A DNA stretch of 63,138 bases, filler included, from Octopus bimaculoides (GCF_001194135.2; 6 parts of 5 records of this genome joined end to end with filler, not necessarily neighbours in it), one strand, 5' to 3'; positions 38,119 through 51,198 are shown, counted from the whole stretch's first letter. Numbers and translations are program-made. The notes: generated by a model not told the origin, from the letters alone.

Positions 38119-39660
38119 CAGGCGGTAGGTAATGACCGATGCGATAAACACATTGGCCACCTCCACCCTCCCTTTCACCGCCAAGACCAGGTCTTGACTG
38201 CTGCAACCACCCTGCTCGAAACCTCCCTCCAGTTCTTTTCTTTCTGGAGGCCTGGTCCAAACCAAACTCCCAGCAAGTTAACCGGTCCCTCTGTCCAGCG
38301 CCCAACAACGCTGTCTGAAGGCATTGACTTGCCAACCCAGGTGCCGAGCTGCAAGCCGAACGACTTTTCCCGGTTAATCTTTGCTCCAACCATCGTCTCG
38401 TAAACCTCAATATCCTTACCCACTTCACGTAGGCGTGCTAATGTAGTTACCCTGATAGTGATATCGTCCGCGTAAGCTGTAACAAACTCCTCTAAATCTG
38501 GTTCTCTCGGGATGCCACTTAACCTTCGCAGTAGGGGGTCAATAGCCACCACATACAAAAGTGGTGAGAGCGGATATCATTGACGAACCGAGCGTCTGAT
38601 GCAGAACGGCTTCGAAAGGAAACATTTCACCCGAACTATCGAGTCAATGTTGTGATACAAAGCGATAAACCACCTGAGGCAGCCAAGGCCTAGGCCGAAC
38701 CGCGCAAGTACAGTCGCCAGGTATCGATGGTCAACCCTATCAAAAGCTTTAGACTGGTCCAAATGTACTAATGCCCCACCTTTGCCAGATTNNNNNNNNN
38801 NCTGGTCCAAATGTACTAATGCCCCACCTTTGCCAGATTTATCACCAACCCTCTCTATGGTATAGCGAATAAGGTGGAGATTATCCTGAATGGTTCTGGC
38901 TGGGATGGCAAATGTCTATGCCTCCCCGACTATACCATTCGCGACACACGCAACCTTTTTGCTAAGACCTTGGCCAAAATCTTCACTTCTGCGTTTAACA
39001 GAGTGATGGGCCTGAAGTTATCTAAAACGTCCTCCTTGTCCGGGTCCTTTTTGACCAACGTCACTACTCCCCGGCGCACAGATCTGGGGATGAACCCATT
39101 CTGTTGCCAGTTCGTGTACACGTCAGCCAGTAGGTGCCCGAACAAGTCTAGCATACATTTATACAGTTCGTACGAAAGACCATCAAGTCCCGGCGACTTA
39201 CCGCTTTACAGTCGGCCATAGCCTCCATCACCTCCACAGGCGTGATTGGCCCTTCGCAAGATTCCGCACCCGACCCCGAGGGGCACAGCAGCTTGGCAAG
39301 AAAGTCCTCGAGGACTCCCCCACCATCAGGACCGCCATTACCCCCGAACAGCTGGGCGAAATACTCCCGAAAGGCCTCACACATTTCCTCGGGTTCGTTT
39401 ACCAAGACACCATTTTGATTAGTCAAAAACCGAATAGTGGAACTATTTCCTTGTCGAGCGTTCACCACTCGGGCCCATCCAGCGGCCTTAATTCTTTCAT
39501 CTCCCATCGCACGTAACTTAGCTCTGGCAATACTTCCCGTGTGTTGGGCTTCAAGATGCCGGTTCAACTCCAGTCTCTTCACCTTCGCTTGGTCCGCATT
39601 ATCAGTCCTCCAGGCTTCTTCTAGTTCCTTAACTAGACCATCTCTTATTCTTAGCTAAAC
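38119..39660 (-). mobile_element. L1/Tx1-clade LINE, 5'-truncated ORF2 (RT) pseudogene
   Basis: FRPITLLNAEVKILAKVLAKRL, LDQSKAFDRVDHRYL, SVRQ..PLSPLLYVVAIDPLLRRL, AYADDIT and GAKINREKS are present, with frameshifts and stops. The 3' end runs into a gap. Confidence 0.9.
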
Positions 39661-39687
39661 TTATACTAAACTTTAAGAAGAATAACT

Positions 39688-39730
39688 TTGATAGTGACTT
39701 CGAAGTTTCGGCCTGATGATGGCTTAGCTG
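39688..39730. repeat. Deleted copy of palindromic hammerhead-like element (family G)
   Basis: TTGATAGTGACTTCGAAGTTTCGGCC-TGATGATGGCTTAGCTG matches both arms of 51624-51746. Confidence 0.6.
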
Positions 39731-42249
39731 TCCTCAATTTTCTTATCAGTCCAGCTATAATTTATATGGTAGTTGATCATTTCCTATAAGATATAAATAA
39801 CTACATTACAGATATTTCAAAAAAATAAAAAGACACCCATTTTAGTTTGCTATAAGTAGCACAGATATATAATTGCCTGCACATGATCTGACGCAAGTCT
39901 ACTAGCTATCTTTTCATTTCTGCGCAGAATATTCTTTTCTACTCTTGGCACAAGTATTTTTGTTCATAAAAATCTCAAAATAAGTCATTCAATCCAGAAA
40001 GAACTTTACATGTGATTTCGACTTAAAGTTGATATGTATCCAACCTTCAGAAGTCCGATAGTATTGTTCAATAAATGTTTAAAATTTCGGGGAAATATTT
40101 AGTAAAACACATGTAAAAATTTATGGAGACTGAATTCAAAATAAATTAAACTTCACTTTACTCCACTTCATAAGTTTCCGATGTGTGTACACTCCACATT
40201 TTTAATACTTAAAATTCATAGATATGATATAAGCTTTGATTAAGAGAAAAAAAAACTGCTTTAATTGTAGAACAACATACTTTTGGTTATAAATACATTT
40301 TACATGGTATTCAGGTATTCATTTAATGAAAATATATTTTATCGTATATCTTGGAACTGTCAAATGCTAAACACGCTTTAAAACCCCAATACCACCACAA
40401 ATAAGAGAAAAATGATCAAGGTATCGGCCCCTGCAAGCCCAAACTACGATGAAGTTTCAAAGACCGATTTAAGCCACTTCACACAAATGATTTGCTAATG
40501 CCTTTACGAAAGACACGTATGTCTGCTTCCCGTTTCCTCACTATTTGCTTCCCGAATACCTATAATTTTTTTTTTTTTTAATTGATCTAAAAACATTGCA
40601 AGCGACATAAAACTGAGCTGAACCAATGTTACGGTCCTGTTTCAATTCCAGTCAAAACTATTTAATTTCTTCAATACCATTAATGAGATTGGGAAATGCA
40701 TAAATATCATGTTTACTTTCTCTGCAAATTTAATCATTATTCTTCGTGAAATCATTTGATGTTGCAAGTTACTATAGTGAACGACTTGATTTACTTACGC
40801 CGTAACTTCAAAATTGGCTTATTTCAAAAACATATTGAGCAAAAACTAGACGTCGGCATTTTATATACTGTTTTTAATAGACTTGCACAGTCAGTCTTAT
40901 ACTGAAATAGCTAACTATATGTTTATAGTGTATTTGATATATAAGTATATACATATATGTATTTAACTGATATGTAGCTAATTTGTGTAAAAAAAAAAAA
41001 AAAAAGGAGAACTGACTTCCTAAATAGCATACTCGTATTTCGACCGAAAATAATAAATGTCTTGTGAAAAAACTAGCTAAATATCCACTTTAACCTTGAT
41101 GCAATCTTCTGAAAAGCATTTTTGGCGTAGTTGTTGAGGTAATGATTAAAGGTCAAATAAAATAGTTTATTCATTTGAAATAAAGGTTTGTCAAGCGATG
41201 TTATGAAATTTTAACGTCTGACAAAGTAATTGTATTGCAAAAGCGAGAGAACTCTAGAGATGGATGTGAAAGGGAACATGAGCTTTCAGATTAGAATCTA
41301 TTTAGATTCTGCCCCCATCCCCACCAGGCCACCTAGTTCTCTGTACTGTATTTCTTTTCTGGTGCTAAAGTTTGAACATATGAAGCTCTATGGTGAGATT
41401 TTAAAATTATATTTAATGTTGACATCGCAACACTCATGCGTCAAAATTGGTCGAATTAAAGTAACTAAACAAGCCTCAGGAAGAATAGATCCCTTTCAAT
41501 CGAAACTTCTTGTTAGACAGTAAGTATAAAAGATATTATTTGCGCTGTTAGATAACTTCAAAATTCTAGATATATATTATATACAAGAATGGATAAGTTC
41601 AGAGAAGTACAAAAGTTAAAGCACAATATAGATTTAAAAAAAAAAAACTTTGTCTTTCGACTTCATACGCTACATTTGCACCTTGAAAACTGTGAATAAT
41701 ATTACAAATACTTATTAAACTCAAATCAAATATAATTGTATATGATATTTTTAAAATGTTCAATAGTTCATATTGGCCATATTGGCAATGCTTCTATAAA
41801 GAATATATTGATCAAGATCAGTTGTTGTCATCGCAAAGAACTCAAAAACGTGCTTAATTGAATTTTCGTTTTTTTCTATGACATCCAAATTAAACAATTG
41901 CGAATGAAGAGTAATTAAATGCAATACATTTAATTGTGTTTATATACCTTATGGATTCAATTCTGAAGTCGACCTTTGCCTTTCATTCTTCTAAGGTCAG
42001 AAAAGTAATATCGGCAGCACCTTTCTCCCAAAACCTGTGATATTTTAACCGAACTAGATTAATGACTAGCATTACTACTACTCTCAGTTCATTAAAGTGT
42101 GTTTCATTGATTCTGGTGATTGTTAATGTTCACTAAGGGTAAGCAGTAGTATTCAAGTGTCACATTAAGACTGTATTTGTGATAAGCTATATCATATTCT
42201 GTGTTAAATAACCTGTAAAGCTACCTTGTAGGCAAAATTTTGTTACCGG

Positions 42250-42860
42250 TCGTGTGACATGTCTTTCTGTAGCTTGTTTCTTTGTCCAAACTGCAATCTT
42301 GAGTCAAGCACAGGTAGAAGCTGGACGTTTAGCATATCGAATATAATCAGGTGCTCAGTAAATTTTACCAGCTGGACATTTTGGTTTGTAGAAAGTCAAC
42401 CTTCGCATTCTATCGAGAGTTGATGGAAGTTATGTTTGACAATGGCTTGTCATCGGCGAGGACAGACTGAGACTTTTATATCGAGTATTATAGAAATTTT
42501 CAAAAGTCCTTTGACTAGCAGCGCTACAGAGGAGCCTTGCTTGTTCAATGTATGGCTGTGTTGAAGCCGCCAGTAAACGAACCTCTCCTGTATACTCTGA
42601 TCGGTAAAACGTCCGGTACGTATTCATTTAGTGTCTGAATATTGCTGATTTGTGGATATCAAACAACTTCTGTTACATGCTTGACGGATCCAGCTATCAG
42701 CCAATAAGATAAAATCGTTGCTTTCTTTTGGCAAGGAAAAGCGAGTGATCATTTGGCAAAGGAAGTCGTACTGTGGGTGCGATTGGCAAGTTCGAGGCCA
42801 GAGATTTTTTTTTCTTGGCCAATTTCTCATCAACTTCTTTAGGTATACTTGATGAAGAAA
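42250..42860 (-). pseudogene. Very degenerate non-LTR RT remnant, clade unclear
   Basis: RT-like motifs occur in the expected order: FILLAD...NRSCL (D..KAFD-like), QPYIE..QGSS and VLADD. Manual recognition only. Confidence 0.3.
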
Positions 42861-42942
42861 CAGAAAATAGAAAGGAGAGTGCTTCCCTCTAGTAAATTCT
42901 ACAAAAGGTGGGCAAGAGTGGTAAAAACTTATGTGGCTAAAT

Positions 42943-42978
<36 letters not shown>

Positions 42979-43093
42979 NNNNNNNNNNNNNNNNNNNNNN
43001 NNNNNNNNNNNNNNNNNNNNNNTTAATTAATTAANNNNNNNNNNNNNNNNNNNNNNNNNNNNNNNNNNNNNNNNNNNNCAAACGCAGATACAA

Positions 43094-43135
<42 letters not shown>

Positions 43136-43136
<1 letters not shown>

Positions 43137-43276
43137 CGATGGCCTTCCTTCTGTTTCCGTCTACCAAATCCACTCACAAAAGTTTGGTCGGCATGAAGCC
43201 CAAGGTGCAACGCAGCGTGAGTGAACCCGGAACCATGTGATTTGGAAGCAAACTTCTTACCACACAGCCACGCCTG
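43136..43276 (-). mobile_element. SINE family B 5' half, internally deleted
   Basis: Minus strand: CAGGCGTGGCTGTGTGGTAAGAAGTTTGC...GGGTTCACTC...CCTTGGGC. Confidence 0.85.
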
Positions 43277-43416
43277 ACATTTTTTCTTTTCATCCGAAAA
43301 TATCTTCTTGGTTGTCTCGCCAGTCCAAGAAAGAGCATCCCGCAGTTTCTTGCCGAAATAACATGCACAAATTATTTCTACTGATTAAATGCATGTGCTG
43401 CACATTAGCTAATTCC

Positions 43417-43604
43417 CTCCATCAAATCGACGTTACCTGAACAGGTGCACGGTATACCATGCATCTGGTGTCGAAGAGATTGTAGCGCAACGTGAGATGA
43501 AGTGTCTTACTCAAGAACACAATGCAACACCCGTTCCAGGAATTGAAACCACAATCTTGTGATCGTAAGTGTAACACCCTTACCACGAGGTCATGCGCCT
43601 CCAC
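43417..43604 (-). mobile_element. SINE family C
   Basis: Minus strand: TGTGGAGGCGCATGACCTCGTGGTAAGGGTG...GGTTTCAATTCC...TTCTTGAGTAAGACACTTC. Confidence 0.8.
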
Positions 43605-43826
43605 AAACCAGCGATGATACTCATATTTTAAACAAGGTACAATACTCATTTTAAACATGGGTATATACTATATTAGCGTACAAACTGTAGTCAGTATGTC
43701 TGTCGTTTAGGGCAAACCATGGCAAGAATGTAGCTTGATACTATTCAACCTATCTCCAAGCCGACAATTTCAATTAAGCGATTTAAATCTACCTTGAGCC
43801 ATCTGACTTCTAATTATCATCATATA

Positions 43827-43980
43827 CAGGATGTTCATAAATTATCTTTTACAACTTTTACAGTTTATTGTATTGTATTGTCTACGTGAGTTGCGTGCAA
43901 CCAATAGAGCGAACCCACGTGGAGGTTTTCTGCTTTACTAATAAAACTTTATTCATATTGTTATACTTGGAGGAATGATT
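43827..43980 (+). mobile_element. Tc1/mariner-like terminal fragment
   Basis: TA followed by CAGGATGTTCATAAATTATCTTT resembles a TACAGGGTG-type TIR. No partner TIR was found. Confidence 0.35.
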
Positions 43981-44030
43981 TTTTTTTTTTGATTTTTTTG
44001 GCCAAATAAACACACGCACAATATATATAT

Positions 44031-44232
44031 TTGTTCTTCACCTCAGATTTATTATTGCTTTTATTTTATGGACTGGAAATCTTTCGTCACACATCTTGTG
44101 ACCTCTTCAGAGACTCTCCATCACACGTGTCTCCTCCTGTTCTGTTTAGGTCATTCTGTTCAGAATGTGTGACGAAATATTTCTAGACAAAGGACATAAA
44201 ATTAGAACAACAATAAATCTGAAATGAAGAAC
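44031..44232. repeat. Fold-back element with imperfect inverted arms of about 80 bp and a hammerhead-like core (family H)
   Basis: The arms GTTCTTCACCTCAGATTTATT...GAAATCTTTCGTCACACAT and ATGTGTGACGAAATATTTC...AATAAATCTGAAATGAAGAAC are inverted. Minus 44110-44071 reads CUGAAGA-G-GUCACA(AGAUG)UGUGAC-GAAA-GAUUUCCA-GUC. Confidence 0.65.
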
Positions 44233-44672
44233 GAATATGGCCGCAGTCAAATGACTGAAACAAGTAAAAGAATAAAAGAACAAAAAATATACGCACACAC
44301 GTGTGTGTGTATGCGAGTATGTATCTGTGTGTGATTATGTGTGCGACCATATATATATATATATATANNNNNNNNNNNNNNNNNNNNNNNNNNNNNNNNN
44401 NNNNNNNNNNNNNNNNNNNNNNNNNNNNNNNNNNNNNNNNNNNNNNNNNNNNNNNNNNNNNNNNNNNNNNNNNNNNNNNNNNNNNNNNNNNNNNNNNNNN
44501 NNNNNNNNNNNNNNNNNNNNNNNNNNNNNNNNNNNNNNNNNNNNNNNNNNNNNNNNNNNNNNNNNNNNNNNNNNNNNNNNNNNNNNNNNNNNNNNNNNNN
44601 NNNNNNNNNNNNNNNNNNNNNNNNNNNNNNNNNNNNNNNNNNNNNNNNNNNNNNNNNNNNNNNNNNNNNNNN

Positions 44673-44714
<42 letters not shown>

Positions 44715-45282
44715 ATTATGATATACGTGGCCCGTTAACAATTAAACTTAAAGGCAAATTAATAAACAAGGGTACGAAGTAGTACCAGCATTGCTAGAAA
44801 TAGGAGTCAAAAACACAATTCAAATACATATATACACATACATTCGGAATTGGTGATTCATTGCATAACTACTCAAACGTTCTCGCTATGTCCGATTCTC
44901 GAAGCGTCAAATGTGGAGGGAGAAAAGAGAGAGAGAGAGAGAGAAAGAAAACAGATAGACAGATAGACAGAGACAGAGAGAAAGGCAGAGACAGGAAGAG
45001 TGAGAGAGTGAGGAAGGGTGGGAGGAGAACACACGACTAGGAAACGAAAGTAAGACAAAGGAGAGAAAGAGACAGAAGAAAGCAAGGTGTGTACGAAGTT
45101 ATGTTAAAAATAAGGCAAGAATGTAAGACAAGAGTCGCAGTTCTTTACAAGAAAGTAAACAATGTTTCGATCAATCAAGTAAAGTTTAGAAAAATAATCT
45201 TGAACGGCATATTTTGGGAATTGAGATACTACGTACTTGCTTGCGTGTGTATGTAAATGTATGCATACTGATGTGTGTGCAT

Positions 45283-45432
45283 GCGCAGGTGTGGCCGCAT
45301 TGTAAGAAGTTTCTCAATCGCATGGCAATGGATTCAGCCCCCACTGCATGTTACATTCTGCTATAGCCCCAGGCCAACAACCAAAGCTTTTTGTGTTGAT
45401 TTGGTAGACGTAAACTGGAAAAAGCTCGTCGT
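45283..45432 (+). mobile_element. SINE family B 5' half, diverged
   Basis: GCGCAGGTGTGGCCGCATTGTAAGAAG...GGATTCAGCCCC...TTGGTAGACGTAAACTGG. Confidence 0.7.
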
Positions 45433-45456
45433 GTGTGTGTGTGTGTGTGTGTCAGT

Positions 45457-45504
<48 letters not shown>

Positions 45505-45704
45505 CGAAGTGTGCAGTATTATGCATTCATTACGGCCGATCCTATCAATCGGTTTCACACAAGGGGTTCAACGGACAGTTAAGTAACAGTCCGATCATAT
45601 ACCTCTGCGCTCTTCAGAGATAGTAGTTATGGAATGAAATATACCCACTCTATTGACAAAAATAGGAGTGAATATTTTTTCTGACTCATGGATTGCTGAC
45701 TTAT

Positions 45705-45765
<61 letters not shown>

Positions 45766-46996
45766 NNNNNNNNNNNNNNNNNNNNNNNNNNNNNNNNNNN
45801 NNNNNNNNNNNNNNNNNNNNNNNNNNNNNNNNNNNNNNNNNNNNNNNNNNNNNNNNNNNNNNNNNNNNNNNNNNNNNNNNNNNNNNNNNNNNNNNNNNNN
45901 NNNNNNNNNNNNNNNNNNNNNNNNNNNNNNNNNNNNNNNNNNNNNNNNNNNNNNNNNNNNNNNNNNNNNNNNNNNNNNNNNNNNNNNNNNNNNNNNNNNN
46001 NNNNNNNNNNNNNNNNNNNNNNNNNNNNNNNNNNNNNNNNNNNNNNNNNNNNNNNNNNNNNNNNNNNNNNNNNNNNNNNNNNNNNNNNNNNNNNNNNNNN
46101 NNNNNNNNNNNNNNNNNNNNNNNNNNNNNNNNNNNNNNNNNNNNNNNNNNNNNNNNNNNNNNNNNNNNNNNNNNNNNNNNNNNNNNNNNNNNNNNNNNNN
46201 NNNNNNNNNNNNNNNNNNNNNNNNNNNNNNNNNNNNNNNNNNNNNNNNNNNNNNNNNNNNNNNNNNNNNNNNNNNNNNNNNNNNNNNNNNNNNNNNNNNN
46301 NNNNNNNNNNNNNNNNNNNNNNNNNNNNNNNNNNNNNNNNNNNNNNNNNNNNNNNNNNNNNNNNNNNNNNNNNNNNNNNNNNNNNNNNNNNNNNNNNNNN
46401 NNNNNNNNNNNNNNNNNNNNNNNNNNNNNNNNNNNNNNNNNNNNNNNNNNNNNNNNNNNNNNNNNNNNNNNNNNNNNNNNNNNNNNNNNNNNNNNNNNNN
46501 NNNNNNNNNNNNNNNNNNNNNNNNNNNNNNNNNNNNNNNNNNNNNNNNNNNNNNNNNNNNNNNNNNNNNNNNNNNNNNNNNNNNNNNNNNNNNNNNNNNN
46601 NNNNNNNNNNNNNNNNNNNNNNNNNNNNNNNNNNNNNNNNNNNNNNNNNNNNNNNNNNNNNNNNNNNNNNNNNNNNNNNNNNNNNNNCATGACGTGGCAA
46701 AAGAACATGGACAAAATGATAAACAAGGTACAACAAACAAGCAAGCCACATAGAAACATCTCCTTCATCAGCTGCCACCATTAAAACACCGGCATTTCGA
46801 AGAATTAAGGCAGTACGCATCGTTGAAATGGTTCTTCCCACGAACACAAATTAAATCATTTTCGTGGAGGATAGTGGCGGACGGAAAACAAGACAGGAAA
46901 ACGAAACGGTGAATAAACAAACAAGCAAAAGGCTGTACAGCCAGACGTGAAGTGTGTGTATATATATATATATACAGAGAGAGAGAGAGAGAGGGG

Positions 46997-47040
<44 letters not shown>

Positions 47041-47136
47041 AAGAGTGAGGAAGCTCGTATACACATACACACAACATTTCTGGACATGAAACGGGGCGTC
47101 AATGCTATATTGAAAGACTTCATACTTATATATGTA

Positions 47137-47492
47137 CGAGGGTGAACTAAAAAGTTCTGGCATGCATTAAATTCAACCTCTACTGATAGTAACTGCATTT
47201 TTTTTCCTTCCAGATGAACTCACATTAGATACATAATTGAGGACTTGGAAAAGTGATACTATAGACATTTCGTGAAAATGAATAAAATTTGGCACCGTGG
47301 TGTTATCAAATATGTGTAGGAAAAGGGGTTAGCCCCACCAAGAATATTCATCCTGACATGGTTACTACATTAGGGGATGATGCTCCAGCTTTATCAAAAG
47401 CTTGTGCAAAAGTGGGCAGCTGAATTCAAGAGGAGTAAGGAGAGTCTCGAAGATGACCCGAGGTCTGGACGTCCTGCCACAGCCACCACCCT
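47137..47492 (+). mobile_element. Mariner 5' fragment (TIR plus HTH of transposase)
   Basis: TA is followed by CGAGGGTGAACTAAAAAGTTC. The ATG at 47278 gives MNKIWHRGVIKY...IHPDMVTTLGDDAPALS..VQKWAAEFKRSKESLEDDPRSGRPATATT, with a stop and frameshifts. Confidence 0.88.
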
Positions 47493-47580
47493 GGTATGTA
47501 TGTGTATGTGTTCTGCCGTTGCAGAGAAATTTCATAACAGAAAAGAATCTGTAAGACCTTGCCATATTAAGAAGGCCATT

Positions 47581-47614
<34 letters not shown>

Positions 47615-47860
47615 CGATTTATTTTGTTGTTTTTCTTAATACAAAATGATAATAATTCCCGACAGGATACAACTAATTAGCAATCATTTGCAATGTTTCT
47701 TTAATAGGTTGATTAACATATTTCACCCTTCAGGCTTTTAATCTTCTTAAGAAGAAATTGCGAACAAGTGGATTAGGGAGTCTATTAAGAAAACGTTGGC
47801 ATTTTAGCACGAGAAACTCGAGTAATAATTAACCACAATAAAATACAATCTAACAATACA

Positions 47861-48359
47861 AATAATAATAATAATGGTTTCAAATTTTGGTACAAGACCA
47901 GTAATTTCAGAGGCGGGCTAAGTCGATTACATCGAGCGCAGTACTCAACTGGTACTTACTTTATCGACCCCAAAACGATGAAAGGCAAAGTCAACTTCAG
48001 CGGAATAATGATAATAATAATCCTTTCTGCTAAAGGCACAAGGCCAGAAGTTTTGGGAGAGGGATTAAGTCAATTACATCGACCCCAGTGTTTCACTGAT
48101 ATTTAATTTATTGATCCCGAAAGGATGAAAGGCAAAGTCGACCTCAGCGGAATAATGATAATAATAATCCTTTTTATTAAAGGCACAAGGCCTGAAATTA
48201 CATCGACCCCAGTGTTTCACTGATACTTAATTTATCGACCCCGAAAGGATGAAAGGCAAAGTCAACCTCGGTGGAATTTGAACTCGGAATGTAAAGACGG
48301 ACGAAATGCCGCTTAGCATTACGTCCGGTGTACTAACGATTCTGTCAGCTCGTCGCCTT
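47861..48359 (-). mobile_element. SINE family A tandem trimer (one head, three bodies)
   Basis: Units lie at 48359-48154, 48153-48007 and 48006-47861. Both junctions read GGATTATTATTATCATT|ATTCCGCTGA on the minus strand. Confidence 0.9.
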
Positions 48360-48386
48360 TCAGTTGTACTAATATTAATACGCCTT

Positions 48387-48610
48387 AAGGTGGTAAGCTG
48401 GCAGAATGGTTAGCACGTCGGGCAAAAGGCATAGAGGTATTTCGTCTGTCTTCATGTTCTGAGTTCAAATTCCACCGAGTTTGACTTTGCTTTTCATCCC
48501 TTTCGGGGTCAATAAAATAAGTATCGGTTGGTCATTGTGGTCGATGTAATCAATCTATCCCTCTCCTGAAATTGCTGGCCTTGTGCCAAAATTTGAAGCC
48601 ATGATTATTA
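48387..48610 (+). mobile_element. SINE family A, full length
   Basis: AAGGTGGTAAGCTGGCAGAATGGTTAGCACG...GAGTTCAAATTCC...GGCCTTGTGCCAAAATTTGAAGCCATGATTATT. Confidence 0.9.
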
Positions 48611-48870
48611 AAAGACACTTTCCTCTTAGGTGAAGCCCACTTGGAACAGAAAGTAGGGTGGAGAGGGAAGTGCTACCTCCCAGTGAATTTGTGGAAAGGT
48701 GGATGACTGGCAGAAATGGTTAGTGTGAGTGGACCTTCTCTGAGCATGCTTTCTGTATGGCGTGGTGCTGACAAATTCCTGGCTTTGGGTAAAACAAAAT
48801 ACCGGAGGATCAGTTAATCATGGTTCTATTCAACGTATTCCCCTCTGGGATTCACACACTTTGTGTACAA

Positions 48871-49204
48871 TCTTTTATCTTCTTTCTTTTACTTGTTTCA
48901 GACATTAGACTGCGGCCATGCTGGAGCACCGGCCTGAAAAATTTTAGTCGAACGAATCAATGTCAGTACTTGTTACTTTCTTTTTTTTTTTCTTGAAGTC
49001 TAGTACTTATTCTATCGGTCCCTTTTGCTGAACCGCTAAGCTACGGGGACGTAAACAAACAACACCGGTTGTAAAGCGGTGGCGGAGAGCAAACACACAC
49101 GCATACGCACACACACATTGCCCAATATGCCATGCAGTGGGGCTGAACCCGGAACCATGTTGTTGGGGAAGCAAACGTCTTACCACGCAGCCGCACCTGC
49201 GTCT
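48871..49204 (-). mobile_element. SINE family B, internally deleted
   Basis: The head and the 3' tail both match 1931-2346. Confidence 0.9.
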
Positions 49205-49550
49205 ATGCCTACTTTGTCTCATTTCACCGTCTCTATCCTTTCTCCCCCGCTCATCTTTTATGTAATCCCACCCTCACTCACACAAATTCTAGACTGACCT
49301 TGTGATGTCCACCTCATCTCTGCCCTTGTGACAAATAAAAGAAATTATCATCATCGTCGTCATCATTATTATATTTAACCTGTAGTAAATTTGAAAATGT
49401 CACCATTCCAGTTTAATTAAGTGCAATATTTTCACTTTTACTTAGTCACATGTCATTTTGTCACACGACAAAAAAAAAGACATAACGAAACAAAAAGCAC
49501 AAAAAGAAGCGAAAGCGTTACAATGTGCGACGGCCGCATTGTTTGTTTGC

Positions 49551-49581
<31 letters not shown>

Positions 49582-49728
49582 ATGTTCCTGATAAAGGGAC
49601 ACGGACGGACGGGTGGATGGGCGCATAGATGGATGGATTGATGGACGTATGAACGGATGGATGAATGGACGGATAGATGGAGAAACGGACGGACGGACAG
49701 ACAGACAGACAGATATATATATATATAT

Positions 49729-49793
<65 letters not shown>

Positions 49794-50356
49794 GGATCTA
49801 TTTCAAAACGGGGGCACCAGTTTTCATTTATGTTTTATGTAGTGTTTTTGGTACCGAAAGACTTTCAAACTTCGTATACTTATCTATTTTGTGTTATAGA
49901 ACAGAAAAAAATTTTTGTATTCGAATTTATTTCATGTAAAAAATTGTCTTATTTCGATTATTTCTACTAATCACTGATGNNNNNNNNNNNNNNNNNNNNN
50001 NNNNNNNNNNNNNNNNNNNNNNNTTAATTAATTAANNNNNNNNNNNNNNNNNNNNNNNNNNNNNNNNNNNNNNNNNNNNACAGCTGATTAAACAAACAAA
50101 ACAAATTTAAAAAGTAATTAAATTTAAAAAAACTTTTTTTAATTACCTTGAATACAAAAAGAGAGAGGGAGCCTAGCTGCTTTCCTGTGTATGGTTGCTT
50201 GACCAGTTAAAATAGCAGTCTAATCTCCCTCATATCATACTATCCTCCTTGAAATTATGGAAGGACACAATGTTGTCCTGTTTACACTGCCTGAGAAAAA
50301 AGAAAACAAAAAACAACAACGCTTGAATGCTTTTGATTGTAAGTCTCTAATTAAGA

Positions 50357-50839
50357 CAGGGGTTGCCAAACTTTTTCAACCATCGACCCCTTTTAGCCAC
50401 TTCTCCTTCTGCTTCAACCCCCTTTTAGCCACTTCTGTATCGACCAACCTCCTCATTCAAAATATCTTAATACCCTACCCTACCATACCATATCTAAAAT
50501 GCATACCGGGTCCTGATGCTGGTAATTAAAATGTTAGCTAAGATATACAGATACAATAAATTAAGAAATTCTATTGAAGATGATACATTTTTTACATTTA
50601 AAACTACATGTACGAGTATACAGTATTAAACTTTCAATTTTTATGAAATTGTTTTCACGGTTAGAAAACGTGAAAAACGCATCATGTTTTCCCAGGTTTC
50701 ATGGCGCTGACTAAGTATTTCAAGCAGTTCATCTGGGTGAGCTGGTCTTTCACAGGCCAACCCCTTGGCTATCATCAACCCCCTGTAATTCCTTGCCAAC
50801 CCTTAGGGGGTCCTTTGAACCCCCCTTTGGTGACCCCTG
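50357..50839. mobile_element. hAT-type MITE
   Basis: TIRs are CAGGGGTTGCCAAA and TTTGGTGACCCCTG. The 8-bp flanks AATTAAGA and AGTTAAGA match at 7 of 8 positions. Confidence 0.85.
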
Positions 50840-50974
50840 AGTTAAGATGCACATGCACAGATGTAAGCTAATGAAATGAAATCAAGATTAAATAACGACA
50901 GCAAATACAACAACAACATGAAACCTATTAATGTATCTGACTGACAGTCGTTTAGTTAGTCCACATTACTCCTT

Positions 50975-51198
50975 CAAGGAACACGGGGCCGGTTTCCCAG
51001 TTTCTCTGACATATATATTCCTTCCTGAATGGGACGCTGGCCCATTGTAGGATTCTTCATTCCAGTTGAATGGACTGGAGCAATGTGAAATAAAGTGTTA
51101 TGCACAAGAACACAACACATTACCTGGTCCAGGAATTGAAACCACAATCTTATGATCATGAGTCCAACACTCTTACCACTAAGCCATGTACCTCCACA
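50975..51198 (-). mobile_element. SINE family C, full length, CpG-decayed
   Basis: Minus strand: TGTGGAGGTACATGGCTTAGTGGTAAGAG...GGTTTCAATTCC...; tail GGGCCAGCGTCCCATTCAGG...GGGAAACCGGCCCC. Confidence 0.85.

Noticed and set aside
38754-38840. 38-bp direct repeat inside the Tx1-like RT
   Set aside because: The copies flank an 11-N gap, so it is a contig-overlap artefact.
47861-48359. Repeat-spacer-like periodicity suggesting a CRISPR array
   Set aside because: The units are whole SINE bodies with no unique spacers, in a eukaryotic context with no cas genes.
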